A stretch of DNA of 64,000 nt from Pseudomonadota bacterium (GTDB lineage Bacteria; Pseudomonadota; Alphaproteobacteria; Rhizobiales; Rhizobiaceae). Positions 48,555 through 59,600 of this stretch are shown here, one piece after another. Location of the stretch: NCBI GenBank assembly GCA_038746275.1, contig JBCDKS010000018.1, positions 13,863-77,862 of the forward strand, written 5' to 3'. The notes under the pieces are model-generated. The model saw only the letters and a program-made list of their open reading frames with translations, was not told the origin of the DNA and searched no databases. The translations under genes and the position numbers were made by a program. Position 1 is the stretch's first letter. The number at the start of each line of letters is the position of its first letter.

Positions 48555-49871
48555 CTATTCGGCAGCTTCGGTCACAACAGAAGGATTGTTGGGATGCTCT
48601 GTCCAGTTGCCGTAGTCAGCGACAACGGGGCGGTCGGTGCGTGGATCAGTGCTGCCAACGGGCATCTGCTCCATGGTGATGCAATTTTCGACCGGGCAGA
48701 CATTTACGCACAGATTACAACCCACACATTCTTCGTCGATCACCTCGAAATGGCGCTCACCGTTCAACATGTTGTTGATGGCCTGGTGCGATGTGTCCTC
48801 ACAGGCGATGTGGCAACGGCCACATTTGATGCAGGAATCCTGATCAATTTTCGCCTTAGTGACGTAGTTGAGATTAAGATATTGCCAGTCTGTTACATTG
48901 GGCGTGGCGCGGCCCACCACATCGTCCAGCGTGGCATGGCCCTTTTCGTCCATCCAACTTTCCAGACCGGCGATCATTTCTTCGACGATCTTGAAACCGT
49001 AGGTCATGGCCGCCGTACACACCTGCACATTGCCAGCGCCGAGGGTTAAAAACTCTGCCGCATCGCGCCATGTCGTGACACCGCCAATGCCAGAAATCGG
49101 CATGCCAGCCGTTTCGGCATCGCGAGCTATTTCTGCAACCATATTCAATGCGATGGGTTTGACCGCCGGTCCGCAATAGCCACCATGACTGCCTTTGCCA
49201 TCGATGCTGGGCTCAGGCGCGAAAGAATCCAGATCGACCGAAACGATGGAGGAAATGGTGTTGATCAGTGAAACCGCATCTGCACCACCGGCCTTGGCCG
49301 CGCGGGCGGGGTAACGCACGTCTGTGATGTTGGGCGTCAGTTTCACGATGACCGGCATGCGTGTGTTGGCCTTACACCAGCGGGTCACCATCTCGATATA
49401 TTCCGGCACTTGGCCGACAGCGGAGCCCATGCCACGCTCGCTCATACCGTGCGGGCATCCGAAATTCAGTTCGATCCCATCGGCTTGCGTATCTTCCACC
49501 AAGGGCAGAATTTTCTTCCAGGCCTCTTCTTCGCAGGGCACCATGAGGGAGACGATCATGGCGCGGTCGGGCCAGTTGCGCTTAACTTCTTTGATTTCTC
49601 GCAGGTTCACGTGCAAATCGCGGTCGGTAATGAGTTCGATATTGTTGAGACCCAACAAACGCCGGTCCGCGCCCCAGATCGCGCCGTAGCGCGGGCCGTT
49701 GACGTTCACGATGGGGGGACCGTCTTCGCCCAATGTCTTCCAAACCACACCGCCCCAACCGGCGGCAAAAGCACGCTCAACGTTGTAGGCCTTGTCCGTT
49801 GGCGGTGCTGATGCCAACCAAAACGGATTGGGCGACTTGATCCCGACAAAATTGTTGGAGATGTCAGCCAT
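48555..49871 (-). CDS. preA: Dihydropyrimidine dehydrogenase subunit PreA
   Basis: NPFWLASAPP, ELNFGCPHG, KLTPN, INT; C-terminal 2x[4Fe-4S] CIKCGRC and CVGCNLC. Confidence 0.96.
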   Translation of the reverse strand: MADISNNFVGIKSPNPFWLASAPPTDKAYNVERAFAAGWGGVVWKTLGEDGPPIVNVNGPRYGAIWGADRRLLGLNNIELITDRDLHVNLREIKEVKRNWPDRAMIVSLMVPCEEEAWKKILPLVEDTQADGIELNFGCPHGMSERGMGSAVGQVPEYIEMVTRWCKANTRMPVIVKLTPNITDVRYPARAAKAGGADAVSLINTISSIVSVDLDSFAPEPSIDGKGSHGGYCGPAVKPIALNMVAEIARDAETAGMPISGIGGVTTWRDAAEFLTLGAGNVQVCTAAMTYGFKIVEEMIAGLESWMDEKGHATLDDVVGRATPNVTDWQYLNLNYVTKAKIDQDSCIKCGRCHIACEDTSHQAINNMLNGERHFEVIDEECVGCNLCVNVCPVENCITMEQMPVGSTDPRTDRPVVADYGNWTEHPNNPSVVTEAAE

Positions 49872-49908
49872 GGTTTCTTTCTCCCGTTATGTTTGTTTGA
49901 CGCGACAC

Positions 49909-51282
49909 TCAGTCAGCCAAAAAAGCGGTGATAGCCTCGGCAGCGTCACGGCCTTCTGCGACGGCGGTTACAGTCAAATCATCTCCGCCGGCGGCACAGT
50001 CGCCACCGGCCCACACGTCTTCCAACGAGGTGCGGCCCGCAGCATCGTAGGTCGCGATGCGCCCAGCGGCCAGTTCGATCTTTTCGGACCCATCACTTGG
50101 CAAATCTTCAATGTCCAGTTTTTGGCCAATCGCGGTCAGCACTTGGTCCGCGGGTAAAGCCATAGTTCTGCCGGTGCCCACCAATTTGCCGTCGCGCATG
50201 GCGGTGTATTCCAACTGGATATCCGTGACCGTGCCGCTGGACGCGCTCAGCGCCTTTGGCTGCATCCAGTGACGGATCACGACGCCTTTGGAGGTTGCCA
50301 GGTCCTGTTCATAACGGGAGGCATTCATGTCTTCCTGGCCACGGCGATAGCAGATGGTCACTTCCTCGGCCCCCAGCAGTTTTGACTGAACAGCCGCATC
50401 CACCGCCGTCATACCACCGCCGATCACCACGACGCGGCGGCCAATCGGTACGCTGCGCTTATCCTTGGCCTGACGGAGGTTGGCGATGAAAACGACCGCA
50501 TCCATGACAGCGCTCTCGCCGTCGACACCGTCGAGGCCCAGTCCGTTGACGCCACCCAAGCCCATGCCAAGGAACACCGCATCATGGCCGGCACGCAATT
50601 GTTCCAAGCTAATGTTCGTGCCCAAACGCTGGCCGTAGCGAATGTCGATCCCACCGATTGCGGTGATGTAATCGACTTCATGCTGGGCAAATTCATCAAC
50701 GGTTTTATAGGCTGCGATGCCAAACTCGTTGAGGCCGCCGGGCTTTGATTGCGCCTCAAAGATCGTGACTGTGTGACCGTGCATCGCCAGACGGTGTGCG
50801 CACGCAAGACCCGCAGGCCCGGCACCCACCACGGCAATGGACTTGCCGGTGTCTGCTCCACGCTCAAAGAACTGCACGTCCTCAGCCATCGCCAAATCTG
50901 TTGCGTGGCGTTGCAACAGGCCGATTTGCACCGGTTTGCCTTCCGCCAGTTCACGCACGCACGCTTGCTCGCACAGGGTTTCCGTGGGGCACACACGCGC
51001 GCACATGCCGCCTAAAATGTTTTGTTCCAAGATAGTCTCGGCGGCGCCCAAATCGTTGCCCGTGGAAATCTGGCGGATGAAAAGGGGAATATCGATTTCG
51101 GTGGGACACGCCGTCACGCACGGGGCATCATAGCAAAAATAACAGCGGTCAGATGCCACGAGTGCTTCATGCGGATTGAGCGGGGGATGAACGTCGGAGA
51201 AATTGTCCTGAAGTTCATCGCTGGTGAGACGCCCGTCCACGATGCCATCATCCAGCCGGTTGGTTGCTGCCTCTACCGTCAT
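49909..51282 (-). CDS. preT: Dihydropyrimidine dehydrogenase subunit PreT
   Basis: RCYFCYDAPCVTACP, CARVCP, GAGPAG, GGGMTAVD; GGAG RBS before ATG 51282. Confidence 0.93.
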   Translation of the reverse strand: MTVEAATNRLDDGIVDGRLTSDELQDNFSDVHPPLNPHEALVASDRCYFCYDAPCVTACPTEIDIPLFIRQISTGNDLGAAETILEQNILGGMCARVCPTETLCEQACVRELAEGKPVQIGLLQRHATDLAMAEDVQFFERGADTGKSIAVVGAGPAGLACAHRLAMHGHTVTIFEAQSKPGGLNEFGIAAYKTVDEFAQHEVDYITAIGGIDIRYGQRLGTNISLEQLRAGHDAVFLGMGLGGVNGLGLDGVDGESAVMDAVVFIANLRQAKDKRSVPIGRRVVVIGGGMTAVDAAVQSKLLGAEEVTICYRRGQEDMNASRYEQDLATSKGVVIRHWMQPKALSASSGTVTDIQLEYTAMRDGKLVGTGRTMALPADQVLTAIGQKLDIEDLPSDGSEKIELAAGRIATYDAAGRTSLEDVWAGGDCAAGGDDLTVTAVAEGRDAAEAITAFLAD

Positions 51283-51379
51283 CGCGTTCTCCACCAAACC
51301 TGTGCCAACACCGCCTGCAAGTTGAGCGGTTTGCCTGTCGATATAACCGACCGCAGGATCGGTTGCCTCCGTTAAAAAA

Positions 51380-51415
51380 ATTCTATTCCGTTTGAAATTT
51401 TTATCAATTGGTAAA
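51380..51415 (-). promoter_or_regulatory. preT sigma70 promoter overlapped by a RutR box
   Basis: TTTATCAATTGGTAAA (51400-51415); minus strand TTGATA-16-TAGAAT. Confidence 0.72.
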
Positions 51416-51491
51416 ATTTTTAGACGCAGGCACATCGGGTCACATGCTCGACAGAACAGCGACCAAACAGGCGCAAGCCATGATCGTGCGA

Positions 51492-52910
51492 TCACATGGC
51501 CCAAGGCCCGTGATAGTCTCCGGTCTTATCGAGGCGTGCGAACCCGTGCGCGCCGAAAAAGTCACGCTGGCCTTGGATCATGTTGGCCGTACCGCGCGCC
51601 GTGCGCATCGCGTCGAAATAGGCCAGCGCGGCCCCCAAGGCCGGCACGGCATGACCATGCAGCGCTGCAACTGCCACGGTGGAGCGCAGGCCGGCATGGT
51701 TTTGCTTCATCAATGCACTAAAATGCGGCGCGAACATCAGGTTTACGTCTGGATGGTCCACCAACGCAGCCGCCATATCATCTAACATAGCAGACCGGAT
51801 GATGCAGCCCGCGCGCCAAACCTTCGCAACCTCGGGCATGGGGATCGCCCAGCCATAGGCCTCAGCAGCGGTCGCGAGCATGGAAAAGCCCTGCGCGTAG
51901 CAAGCGATTTTGCCAGCCAAGAGAGCCTGTTCCATCTGGTCAATCGACAAAACCTCTGCCGACATCGTTTTGGGCACGGGTCCAAAAATCGCTTCGCCCG
52001 CAGCCCGTTCCTCAACGCGTGACGAAAAATTGCGCGCGGCGACTGCTGCGTCGATAGCCGTGACCGGGGAAGCCTGTTTCAACGCTTCGATGGCCGTCCA
52101 ACGTCCGGTGCCTTTCTGGCCTGCACTGTCCAAAATGATGTCCAGCATCGGCTTGCCCGTATCGGGATCGACCGCCTGCGCAACGGCGGCCGATATCTCG
52201 ATCAGATAGCTTTTGAGTGGACCTTCATTCCATTTGGCGAACACGTCGCCAATTGCAGCAGGTTTCAGACCATGACCGTCGCGCAACATGCCGTAGACTT
52301 CCGCGATCATTTGCATATCGGCATATTCGATGCCGTTGTGAACCATTTTGACGTAATGGCCTGCGCCTGCCGGGCCCATATGCGTGGCGCAAGGCGTCGT
52401 GCCATGTTTGGCGGAGATCGCCTCCAACACCGGACGCACCCGTTCCCATGCAACAGCATCTCCACCGCCCATGATGGACGGGCCGTGCCGCGCGCCCTCC
52501 TCGCCACCAGACACACCGATGCCAAGATAGGGCACACCCGCCTCCACCGCGGCTCTAGCGCGTCGGTTCGTGTCATCAAACTGCGCATTGCCCGCATCGA
52601 TGATCAAGTCATCGCTGTTCAAGAGCGGGCGAAGCGCCTCAATTTGCGCATCGACAATGGGGCCAGCGGGCACCATCAAAATAATGGATCGCGGCGATGC
52701 GATGGCCTGAACAAACTCTTCCAAAGTCTTGGTCGGCGTGATCTTGTCGGCCAACACTCCGGCATCTGCCACAAACTCATCAGTCACAGAGCCTGTTCGA
52801 TTGTAGACGGCAATGGGATAGCCATTGTCTGCAATATTCAGCGCCAGCGCGGCCCCCATTGTGCCCAAGCCGACGAGGCCCACGCTTGTGCGGTCTGTTG
52901 ATACGGTCAT
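51492..52910 (-). CDS. gnd: 6-phosphogluconate dehydrogenase, decarboxylating
   Basis: GLGTMG, VSGGEEGA, KMVHNGIEY, QKGTG, QRDFFGAH. Confidence 0.95.
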   Translation of the reverse strand: MTVSTDRTSVGLVGLGTMGAALALNIADNGYPIAVYNRTGSVTDEFVADAGVLADKITPTKTLEEFVQAIASPRSIILMVPAGPIVDAQIEALRPLLNSDDLIIDAGNAQFDDTNRRARAAVEAGVPYLGIGVSGGEEGARHGPSIMGGGDAVAWERVRPVLEAISAKHGTTPCATHMGPAGAGHYVKMVHNGIEYADMQMIAEVYGMLRDGHGLKPAAIGDVFAKWNEGPLKSYLIEISAAVAQAVDPDTGKPMLDIILDSAGQKGTGRWTAIEALKQASPVTAIDAAVAARNFSSRVEERAAGEAIFGPVPKTMSAEVLSIDQMEQALLAGKIACYAQGFSMLATAAEAYGWAIPMPEVAKVWRAGCIIRSAMLDDMAAALVDHPDVNLMFAPHFSALMKQNHAGLRSTVAVAALHGHAVPALGAALAYFDAMRTARGTANMIQGQRDFFGAHGFARLDKTGDYHGPWAM

Positions 52911-52979
52911 GATACGGCGCTACTCCCTCAGTCTGTGCAACAAACGTTAGGCTTATGAAGAGCGCATCACCATGGGGCG

Positions 52980-53813
52980 TTACAGCTTTTGGTGCAGTTC
53001 CCGCAGAATTTTTTCCGTTGCCGCTTGAAGCGGGGCAGTTACGGGCGCCAGAAGCCGGTTACGATCAAAAACGTTGGGCTGATCGCGCAAGGAACTGTGC
53101 AAGGCCTCCCCGAACACCATGCGCAATTCCGTCCCGATGTTGAATTTGCATACGCTCGTTTCGCGTCCCAGTTCCGTGCGTTGGGATGCCGAGATGCCGC
53201 TTCCTCCGTGCAGAACCAAGGGCAGGCTTGTCACGTGTTCGATGGCGGCCAATGCCTGCCAATCGATACCATCTGATTTTTCGGTCTGCAGGTGCACATT
53301 GCCAACGGAGATCGCCAAAGCATCGACGCCTGTTTCACGCTCGAACCGTGCCGCTTCGTGCGGGCTGGTGACGGCAGAAGCCGCCCCATCCGCATAGCCA
53401 ACAAAACCAACCTCGCCTTCCACGGATAAGCCATGGCGGCGCGCTGCCTCAACGACCGCGTGGGTTTGGGCGATATTGTCTTCCAATGCCAATGCGGAGC
53501 CGTCAAACATGAGAGACGTAAAGCCGTGGTCGATGGCGGCAACGCACTCGTCCACCGCCTTGCCGTGATCCAGATGCACGCAGACCGGGACGCGGGCCTG
53601 ATCTGCCAAGTACCGCAGCATGGGACCGATTACAGGCACCGGCATGTGAGCGCGTGCCGCGGGACCGGCTTGTAAGACAAGCGGACACCCTACCGTTTCT
53701 GCTGCCTGCACATAGGCCAATGCATCTTCCCAACCCAGACACACAAGCCCCGCAACCGCATAGCCTTTGTCCAACGCGGGTTTGAGAAGCTCGTGCAGGG
53801 TGACGGATGGCAT
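52980..53813 (-). CDS. Class II aldolase (IolJ-like; fructose-bisphosphate aldolase family)
   Basis: HLDHG, MFDGS, EGEVG, GNVH, LVLHGGSG. Confidence 0.88.
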   Translation of the reverse strand: MPSVTLHELLKPALDKGYAVAGLVCLGWEDALAYVQAAETVGCPLVLQAGPAARAHMPVPVIGPMLRYLADQARVPVCVHLDHGKAVDECVAAIDHGFTSLMFDGSALALEDNIAQTHAVVEAARRHGLSVEGEVGFVGYADGAASAVTSPHEAARFERETGVDALAISVGNVHLQTEKSDGIDWQALAAIEHVTSLPLVLHGGSGISASQRTELGRETSVCKFNIGTELRMVFGEALHSSLRDQPNVFDRNRLLAPVTAPLQAATEKILRELHQKL

Positions 53814-53832
53814 AAAACGAACCGAACGTGGC

Positions 53833-54672
53833 TTATTTGAATTTGGCGATCATGTCTTTGATCCCGGGGATGGTCTCAATCTGCCATGCGTGGTCGGGCT
53901 GGAAATATTGCACCAAAGAGCGTTGGGACAGCCCGCCCAAAATGGTGAAATAATACATCTCATAGCCCGGCGCGACGACGCAGGGGTGAAAGCCCTTTTC
54001 CAAAATGATCGTGGATCCATCGGTCAGGTGGTAGGCATCACCGGTTTTGCCATCTTCCCGCTGGACCAGTTGAAGGCCGAAGCCGTTGTTGGGTTTGAAG
54101 CGGAAATTATAGGTCTCGTCGTGGCGCGTCTCGTCCGGTAATCGGTCCGTGTCATGCTTGTGAGGCGGGAAGCCAGACCAGCCACCTTGTCCCACGGTAA
54201 ACAGTTCCGATACCAAAAGCCGTCCGACCTGGTCGTTATATTTGGTTCCCAAAATATGTTTGATCTTGCGGTGGGTTTTGGTGTCGTCGGAGCCGTATTG
54301 CACCAGATCGATTTCATCACTGCGCACCGCGAAGGGCTGGAGTGTTTTGTCATATCGGGCACCGGCCACAAACACTTCGGTCTCGTCCCTGGCCACCATG
54401 ATCGCCTTCGCGCCCGACGGGACGTAGACACCTTCCGGTTCGCCATCCCAAACGTCGGCACCACGCCCGCCGATGCTATCGTAGGTCTCGCCTTCGACGC
54501 TTACATCCACCGTGCCGGTGGCGGGTACAATGCAAGTCTCATATCCCGGCACCTGATACTCAAACGCGTCTCCGGCGCTGAGTTTGACGATATTGAAATA
54601 GTTCAGCGGAACACGTGCATCGTCCGCATCAATGATGGGCTTGTTGGCGTTGTCATGGGGCGGAAAATGCAT
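53833..54672 (-). CDS. iolB: 5-deoxy-glucuronate isomerase
   Basis: WSGFPPHKHD, ETYNFRF, GFHP; iol context. Confidence 0.9.
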   Translation of the reverse strand: MHFPPHDNANKPIIDADDARVPLNYFNIVKLSAGDAFEYQVPGYETCIVPATGTVDVSVEGETYDSIGGRGADVWDGEPEGVYVPSGAKAIMVARDETEVFVAGARYDKTLQPFAVRSDEIDLVQYGSDDTKTHRKIKHILGTKYNDQVGRLLVSELFTVGQGGWSGFPPHKHDTDRLPDETRHDETYNFRFKPNNGFGLQLVQREDGKTGDAYHLTDGSTIILEKGFHPCVVAPGYEMYYFTILGGLSQRSLVQYFQPDHAWQIETIPGIKDMIAKFK

Positions 54673-54711
54673 GGGCTTCGTCTCGTCTTGGAGGGTGCGA
54701 TGGTTCGTTTG

Positions 54712-55677
54712 TCAGGCGTTGATGAGCGATGTTTGGGCCATCATGTCGGCTATTTCAGCTTGGCTTGGCATGGCGGGTGCGCAGCCGACACGGGTGACCA
54801 CAATGGCGGCGGCAGCTGACCCCCGCAGCACGGCGTCCCGCAGCGACAAAGACTGTGCCAAACCGCTTGCCAGACCAGCCATGAACGCGTCTCCTGCGCC
54901 GGTGGGTTTGATGGGTGTGACGGGATAGATGCCGGTTTCCAATATCTCACCGGCGACGAAGGTTTTTGCTCCATTTGCGCCCATTTTGTAAATCACAGCC
55001 TTGGCGTAATCGCGCGCCAAAGTGCAGGCAAAGGCTTCACCTGTGTCGTAGTCCCCGGCCAAGACCCCAAACTCATCATCATTGCCCACAATGATATCGC
55101 AGGCGTAGGCAGCTTCACCGCAAATGGCGGCGGCCTCTTCCAGCGACGCCCATGAATAGGCCCGGTAATCCACGTCGAACAGAACCGTGACACCAGCCTC
55201 TTTTGCCGCATCAATGGCCGCCAGTGTTGCAGATCGCGAAGGCTCCATCGCCAAAGATGTGCCGGTGAATATCAATCCGCCTGTGCCCGACCAGTCCACT
55301 TTGGCGACATCATCCTCGGTCAACGCAAAGTCTGCTGCGTTGTTGCGATAGATCACGGTCTGCGGCTCATTTGTGCGAGTTTCAGAAAGCGCCAACGTGT
55401 TGCGCGCTTCGCTGTCTTCGAACACACAATAGTCAGTCTCAATCCCGTAGCGTGCGCATTCGGCCAAGGTATAGCGGCCCACCGCATCGCTCGACACCCG
55501 GGTCAACAATGATACAACGCTGCCCATCCGCGCGAGCCCTGCCGCGATATTGCCGGAAGAACCGCCCAGCGCAGCCGTGAACGTCACCGCATCCTCGATT
55601 TTTGTGCCGGGTGGATCGGGATAAAGATCGAGCCCGGCGCGGCCCAGCACGATGAACCTGTTTGAACGCGGCTTCAT
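54712..55677 (-). CDS. iolC: 5-dehydro-2-deoxygluconokinase (stand-alone PfkB form)
   Basis: GRAGLDLYP, GGSSGN, YRNNAAD, DVDYR, TGAGDAF. Confidence 0.88.
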   Translation of the reverse strand: MKPRSNRFIVLGRAGLDLYPDPPGTKIEDAVTFTAALGGSSGNIAAGLARMGSVVSLLTRVSSDAVGRYTLAECARYGIETDYCVFEDSEARNTLALSETRTNEPQTVIYRNNAADFALTEDDVAKVDWSGTGGLIFTGTSLAMEPSRSATLAAIDAAKEAGVTVLFDVDYRAYSWASLEEAAAICGEAAYACDIIVGNDDEFGVLAGDYDTGEAFACTLARDYAKAVIYKMGANGAKTFVAGEILETGIYPVTPIKPTGAGDAFMAGLASGLAQSLSLRDAVLRGSAAAAIVVTRVGCAPAMPSQAEIADMMAQTSLINA

Positions 55678-55681
55678 GGGC

Positions 55682-56863
55682 TCACACCTCGTACCAACAC
55701 GGTTGCCACGCGCCATCTGCCTCGGCGCTGTCTGCAGCAGCGTCAACGAAAAACACACCCCTTGCCCCGTCCATGACATCGGGTACGTCGATGATACCTG
55801 CACTTAACTTGATACCGTCGCGGCGCGCCGTAACGCCGATGGCCATTTCCGTATAGCAATTGCACCACGCATCCGGCACGCCTTCCGCATGGCCGCGGGG
55901 CAGGCGGATCGACTTGGCCGCCTCCGGCAGGATGCCTGCACCCGTACCACGCGTGATCAATCTGGGGGCTTCTCCGACAGGCGCAAACCGCAGTTCATCG
56001 GGCCGCTCCTGATCCCATTCGAGACCACCGGCTTCGCCATAAATGCGTAAACGCAGGCCACAGGCGTTGCCGGGGGCGGCCTGTGTGCACCACAGCGTGG
56101 CAGGTGCGCCGGAGCCCATTTCCAACTGCATGAACGCCGTGTCTTCCATGGCAGGTGCGCCGCCGCACACATGGAACCGTGCGCTCACCCGTTGAACGGA
56201 ATCGGCCAGCACGAAGTGCAAAAGATGGAACGCGTGGGTGCCGATATCGCCGGTGGCCGACCCCCGGCCCGCCTGCACAGGGTCGCGCCGCCAGCCGGAT
56301 TGCTTTGTCTCAACCTCCCGCGCCCCGGACGCCCAATCCTGCACGTATTCCACATGAGCCTGACGCACTTTGCCGATCATGCCCTTGGCGACCATGGCTT
56401 TCATCTGCCGCGCCATGGCATGAAACGAATAGGTATACGTGACACCAAAAAACAAACCGCTATGGCGGGCCACGCGCACCAGATCAGCGGCATCCTCCAT
56501 GGTCGCCGTCATGGGCTTGTCGCAGATGACGTCGATGCCGGATTTCAGAAACGCTTTTGCAATGGCTGCATGGCTGCCATTGGGGGTGCAGATCACCACC
56601 GCATCGATGCCGTCTTCCCGGGCGGATTCCTTAGCCGCCATGTCGCGGTAATCGGTGTAGGTGCGCTGCGGGTCCAGCATCCAATCCTCACCGGATGCTT
56701 TGGCCACTTCCGGGCGGGAAGAGAGCGCTCCAGCCACCAGGTCCCAACGGTTGGACATGCGAATGCCCATGGCGTGCCACTCGCCCACCAGCGCACCGCG
56801 CCCTCCGCCCACCATGCCCAGGCGCAAGCGGCGCACAGGTTTTGGATAGACCAGTTGTGACAT
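55682..56863 (-). CDS. Gfo/Idh/MocA-family oxidoreductase
   Basis: GMVGGG, ICTPNGSH, CDKPM, GDIGTH. Confidence 0.9.
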   Translation of the reverse strand: MSQLVYPKPVRRLRLGMVGGGRGALVGEWHAMGIRMSNRWDLVAGALSSRPEVAKASGEDWMLDPQRTYTDYRDMAAKESAREDGIDAVVICTPNGSHAAIAKAFLKSGIDVICDKPMTATMEDAADLVRVARHSGLFFGVTYTYSFHAMARQMKAMVAKGMIGKVRQAHVEYVQDWASGAREVETKQSGWRRDPVQAGRGSATGDIGTHAFHLLHFVLADSVQRVSARFHVCGGAPAMEDTAFMQLEMGSGAPATLWCTQAAPGNACGLRLRIYGEAGGLEWDQERPDELRFAPVGEAPRLITRGTGAGILPEAAKSIRLPRGHAEGVPDAWCNCYTEMAIGVTARRDGIKLSAGIIDVPDVMDGARGVFFVDAAADSAEADGAWQPCWYEV

Positions 56864-56917
56864 CGTAAAAGCCCTCCCAAGCTCTATACACTTGCGCGCG
56901 AAACCTCCGCGATTTCG

Positions 56918-57637
56918 CTAAACCGTGAGACCCGTTGCAAACATAATCGCTGCTTTCAAATCATCCACACCCGCCCCTTTTTCGCTGGACGTGGAGACCA
57001 GTTTTGGGAACGCCGCCGGTCGTTTGGAAATACGCTCCTGCGTCGCCTGCTCCAGTTTTACCAGCGCCGGTGGTTTGATCTTGTCAGTCTTCGTCAGCAC
57101 GATTTGATAGGACACAGCCGCCTTGTCCAAGAGTTTCAAAACGTCTTCATCATTGGGTTTTATCCCATGGCGGCTGTCGATTAAAACGAAGACCCGTTTC
57201 AAGGTCGTGCGCCCCTGCAGATAAGAAAAGATCAGTTGAGTCCATGCGTCCACAGCGGCTTTGGGCGCTTTTGCAAATCCGTATCCGGGCATGTCCACCA
57301 GCGCCAGGGGCGGTGCGTCCACACCCCATTCTCCATCCCGGGCGACGGGGACGAAGAAGTTTAATTCCTGCGTCCGACCCGGCGTGTTGGAAGTACGCGC
57401 CAAGCCTTTGGCGTTGGTCAGCGCGTTGATGAGCGAAGATTTGCCCACATTGGACCGACCCGCAAAGGCAATTTCCGCCGGACCTTCTTCCGGCAAAAAC
57501 TTCATCGACGGCACCCCCATGACGAATTGCCAGTCGTGGGCGAAAAATTTTCGGCCAAGACCCTTCAGGCGGGCCTGTTCGGCCTGCTCATGGGTCATCT
57601 CCTCCGTCTTGGTTGGTGAGGCCGATGGGTCGCTCAC
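56918..57637 (-). CDS. engB: Ribosome-biogenesis GTPase EngB/YihA
   Basis: [28 protein letters not shown]. Confidence 0.95.
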   Translation of the reverse strand: MSDPSASPTKTEEMTHEQAEQARLKGLGRKFFAHDWQFVMGVPSMKFLPEEGPAEIAFAGRSNVGKSSLINALTNAKGLARTSNTPGRTQELNFFVPVARDGEWGVDAPPLALVDMPGYGFAKAPKAAVDAWTQLIFSYLQGRTTLKRVFVLIDSRHGIKPNDEDVLKLLDKAAVSYQIVLTKTDKIKPPALVKLEQATQERISKRPAAFPKLVSTSSEKGAGVDDLKAAIMFATGLTV

Positions 57638-58488
57638 CGTGTCAGTCCGTAGAATTTTTCAACCACGGCCCAACCCTCTTCCGCCGTGTCCACGATGGTG
57701 AACAGATCGGAATCGTCCGGTGAAATCGTGCCTTCTTCGGCCAGCGCATCAATGTTGATGACACGACCCCAAAAACTCTTGCCAAACAGCAACACCGGCA
57801 CCCGTTCCATGCGCCCGGTCTGGATTAGTGTCAGCGTCTCGAAAAACTCGTCCAAAGTTCCAAAACCGCCGGGGAAGACAGCCACAGAACTCGCCCGCAT
57901 AAGAAAGTGCATTTTGCGGATCGCGAAATAGTGGAAGTTGAACGAATATTCGGGCGTGACCCATTCATTGGGAGCTTGTTCATGGGGCAAGACGATGTTG
58001 AGGCCAATGTTAGGCGCGCCCACGTCCAGCGCGCCACGGCTGCCCGCTTCCATAACACCGGGGCCACCCCCGGTGACCACAACATATTCGCTGAACCCTG
58101 TTTTCTTCGAAGCCTCGGACGCCAATTGCGCGTAGCGGCGCGCCTCGTCGTAGTATTTTGCGCTCTTTTTCAGGCTCGCCAATTGAGTTTCGTTTTTCGC
58201 CGCCCAAGGCTCTGTGCCGGGCTCCGCGATCCGTGCCCCGCCAAACAGAACGGTGGTTGAGACGATGCCCGCCTCTTCCAGCATCATTTCGGGCTTCAAC
58301 AGTTCCAGTTGCAAGCGGATGGGCCGGGTTTCGGGACGGCACAAAAAATCGGGATCATCAAACGCCAACCGGTATGCTGGCGAGCGGGTTTGCGGGGTGT
58401 CGGGCACGCTTTTGGCCTGCTCGCGGTCCTTTGAGGATCGCTTGAGCGGGTTTCTAGGCTGGGGCATGCGGTGAAGAGGTTCTGTCAT
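57634..58488 (-). CDS. LOG-family (TIGR00730-like) nucleotide phosphoribohydrolase
   Basis: [33 protein letters not shown]. Confidence 0.9.
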   Translation of the reverse strand: MTEPLHRMPQPRNPLKRSSKDREQAKSVPDTPQTRSPAYRLAFDDPDFLCRPETRPIRLQLELLKPEMMLEEAGIVSTTVLFGGARIAEPGTEPWAAKNETQLASLKKSAKYYDEARRYAQLASEASKKTGFSEYVVVTGGGPGVMEAGSRGALDVGAPNIGLNIVLPHEQAPNEWVTPEYSFNFHYFAIRKMHFLMRASSVAVFPGGFGTLDEFFETLTLIQTGRMERVPVLLFGKSFWGRVINIDALAEEGTISPDDSDLFTIVDTAEEGWAVVEKFYGLTR

Positions 58489-58719
58489 GAAAGGCGCATC
58501 GCACAAAGATTTGGGTGCCATCGCTTAACCCTGTGGCTGTGCCACGTCAAAACAGAACAGACAGTTGCCGTTTGCAGAACCATCCTTGCCACTCTCTGGG
58601 GGCCCTCTGTCGATTGCCTGGCTGGCATTGCCTGTTCGCGGGGCGCTTGTATAAGGACGCCCATGGGGGACGCACGCCACCGCGCCCCCGTCCTAACACG
58701 TTTACACCAAGGCTTTTCC

Positions 58720-59556
58720 ATGACCCTGCAGACCACCATTGAGACAGCATTTGAAAACCGCGACACGGTGACCACCGAAACGAAGGGCGAAGTGCGCGAT
58801 GCCGTCACCGAAGCTTTGGCCCTGCTGGACGAGGGCAAGGCCCGGGTGGCCGAGCGTGGCGCGGACGGGAACTGGCAGGTCAACCAGTGGCTCAAAATGG
58901 CGGTGCTTTTGTCATTCCGTCTCAATGATATGGACGTCATCACATCCGGCCCGGATGGTGCGACGTGGTGGGACAAGGTGCCGTCCAAGTTTGCCGGTTG
59001 GGGTGAGGCCCATTTTCGCGCAGCCGGCTTCCGCGCGGTTCCCAATTGTGTGGTGCGCCACTCCGCCCATATCGCCAAAAACGTGGTTCTCATGCCGTCG
59101 TTTGTGAACTTGGGAGCCTATGTCGACGAAGGCACCATGGTGGACACGTGGGCGACCGTAGGCTCCTGTGCACAAATCGGTAAGAACGTGCACCTCTCGG
59201 GCGGTGTTGGCATTGGTGGCGTTTTAGAGCCGTTGCAGGCGGGTCCCGTGATCATCGAAGACAATTGCTTTATCGGCGCGCGCTCCGAAGTGGTGGAAGG
59301 CTGCATCGTGCGTGAAGGCGCTGTGTTGGGCATGGGGGTCTATATCGGCCAATCCACCAAGATCGTCGATCGCGCCACCGGCTCCATCACCTATGGGGAG
59401 GTGCCCGCCTATTCCGTTGTCGTGGCCGGTACCATGCCCGGCAAACCCATGGGCAACGGCGAACCCGGGCCCGGCCTCTATTGCGCGGTGATCGTGAAAA
59501 CCGTTGACGAAAAAACCCGCTCCAAAACGGGCATCAACGAACTGCTGCGCGACTGA
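58720..59556 (+). CDS. dapD: Tetrahydrodipicolinate N-succinyltransferase
   Basis: [45 protein letters not shown]. Confidence 0.97.
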   Translation: MTLQTTIETAFENRDTVTTETKGEVRDAVTEALALLDEGKARVAERGADGNWQVNQWLKMAVLLSFRLNDMDVITSGPDGATWWDKVPSKFAGWGEAHFRAAGFRAVPNCVVRHSAHIAKNVVLMPSFVNLGAYVDEGTMVDTWATVGSCAQIGKNVHLSGGVGIGGVLEPLQAGPVIIEDNCFIGARSEVVEGCIVREGAVLGMGVYIGQSTKIVDRATGSITYGEVPAYSVVVAGTMPGKPMGNGEPGPGLYCAVIVKTVDEKTRSKTGINELLRD

Positions 59557-59600
59557 TAACTCGAACCTCCGACTTCAATACTCCAACACAAAGCAAAGCC

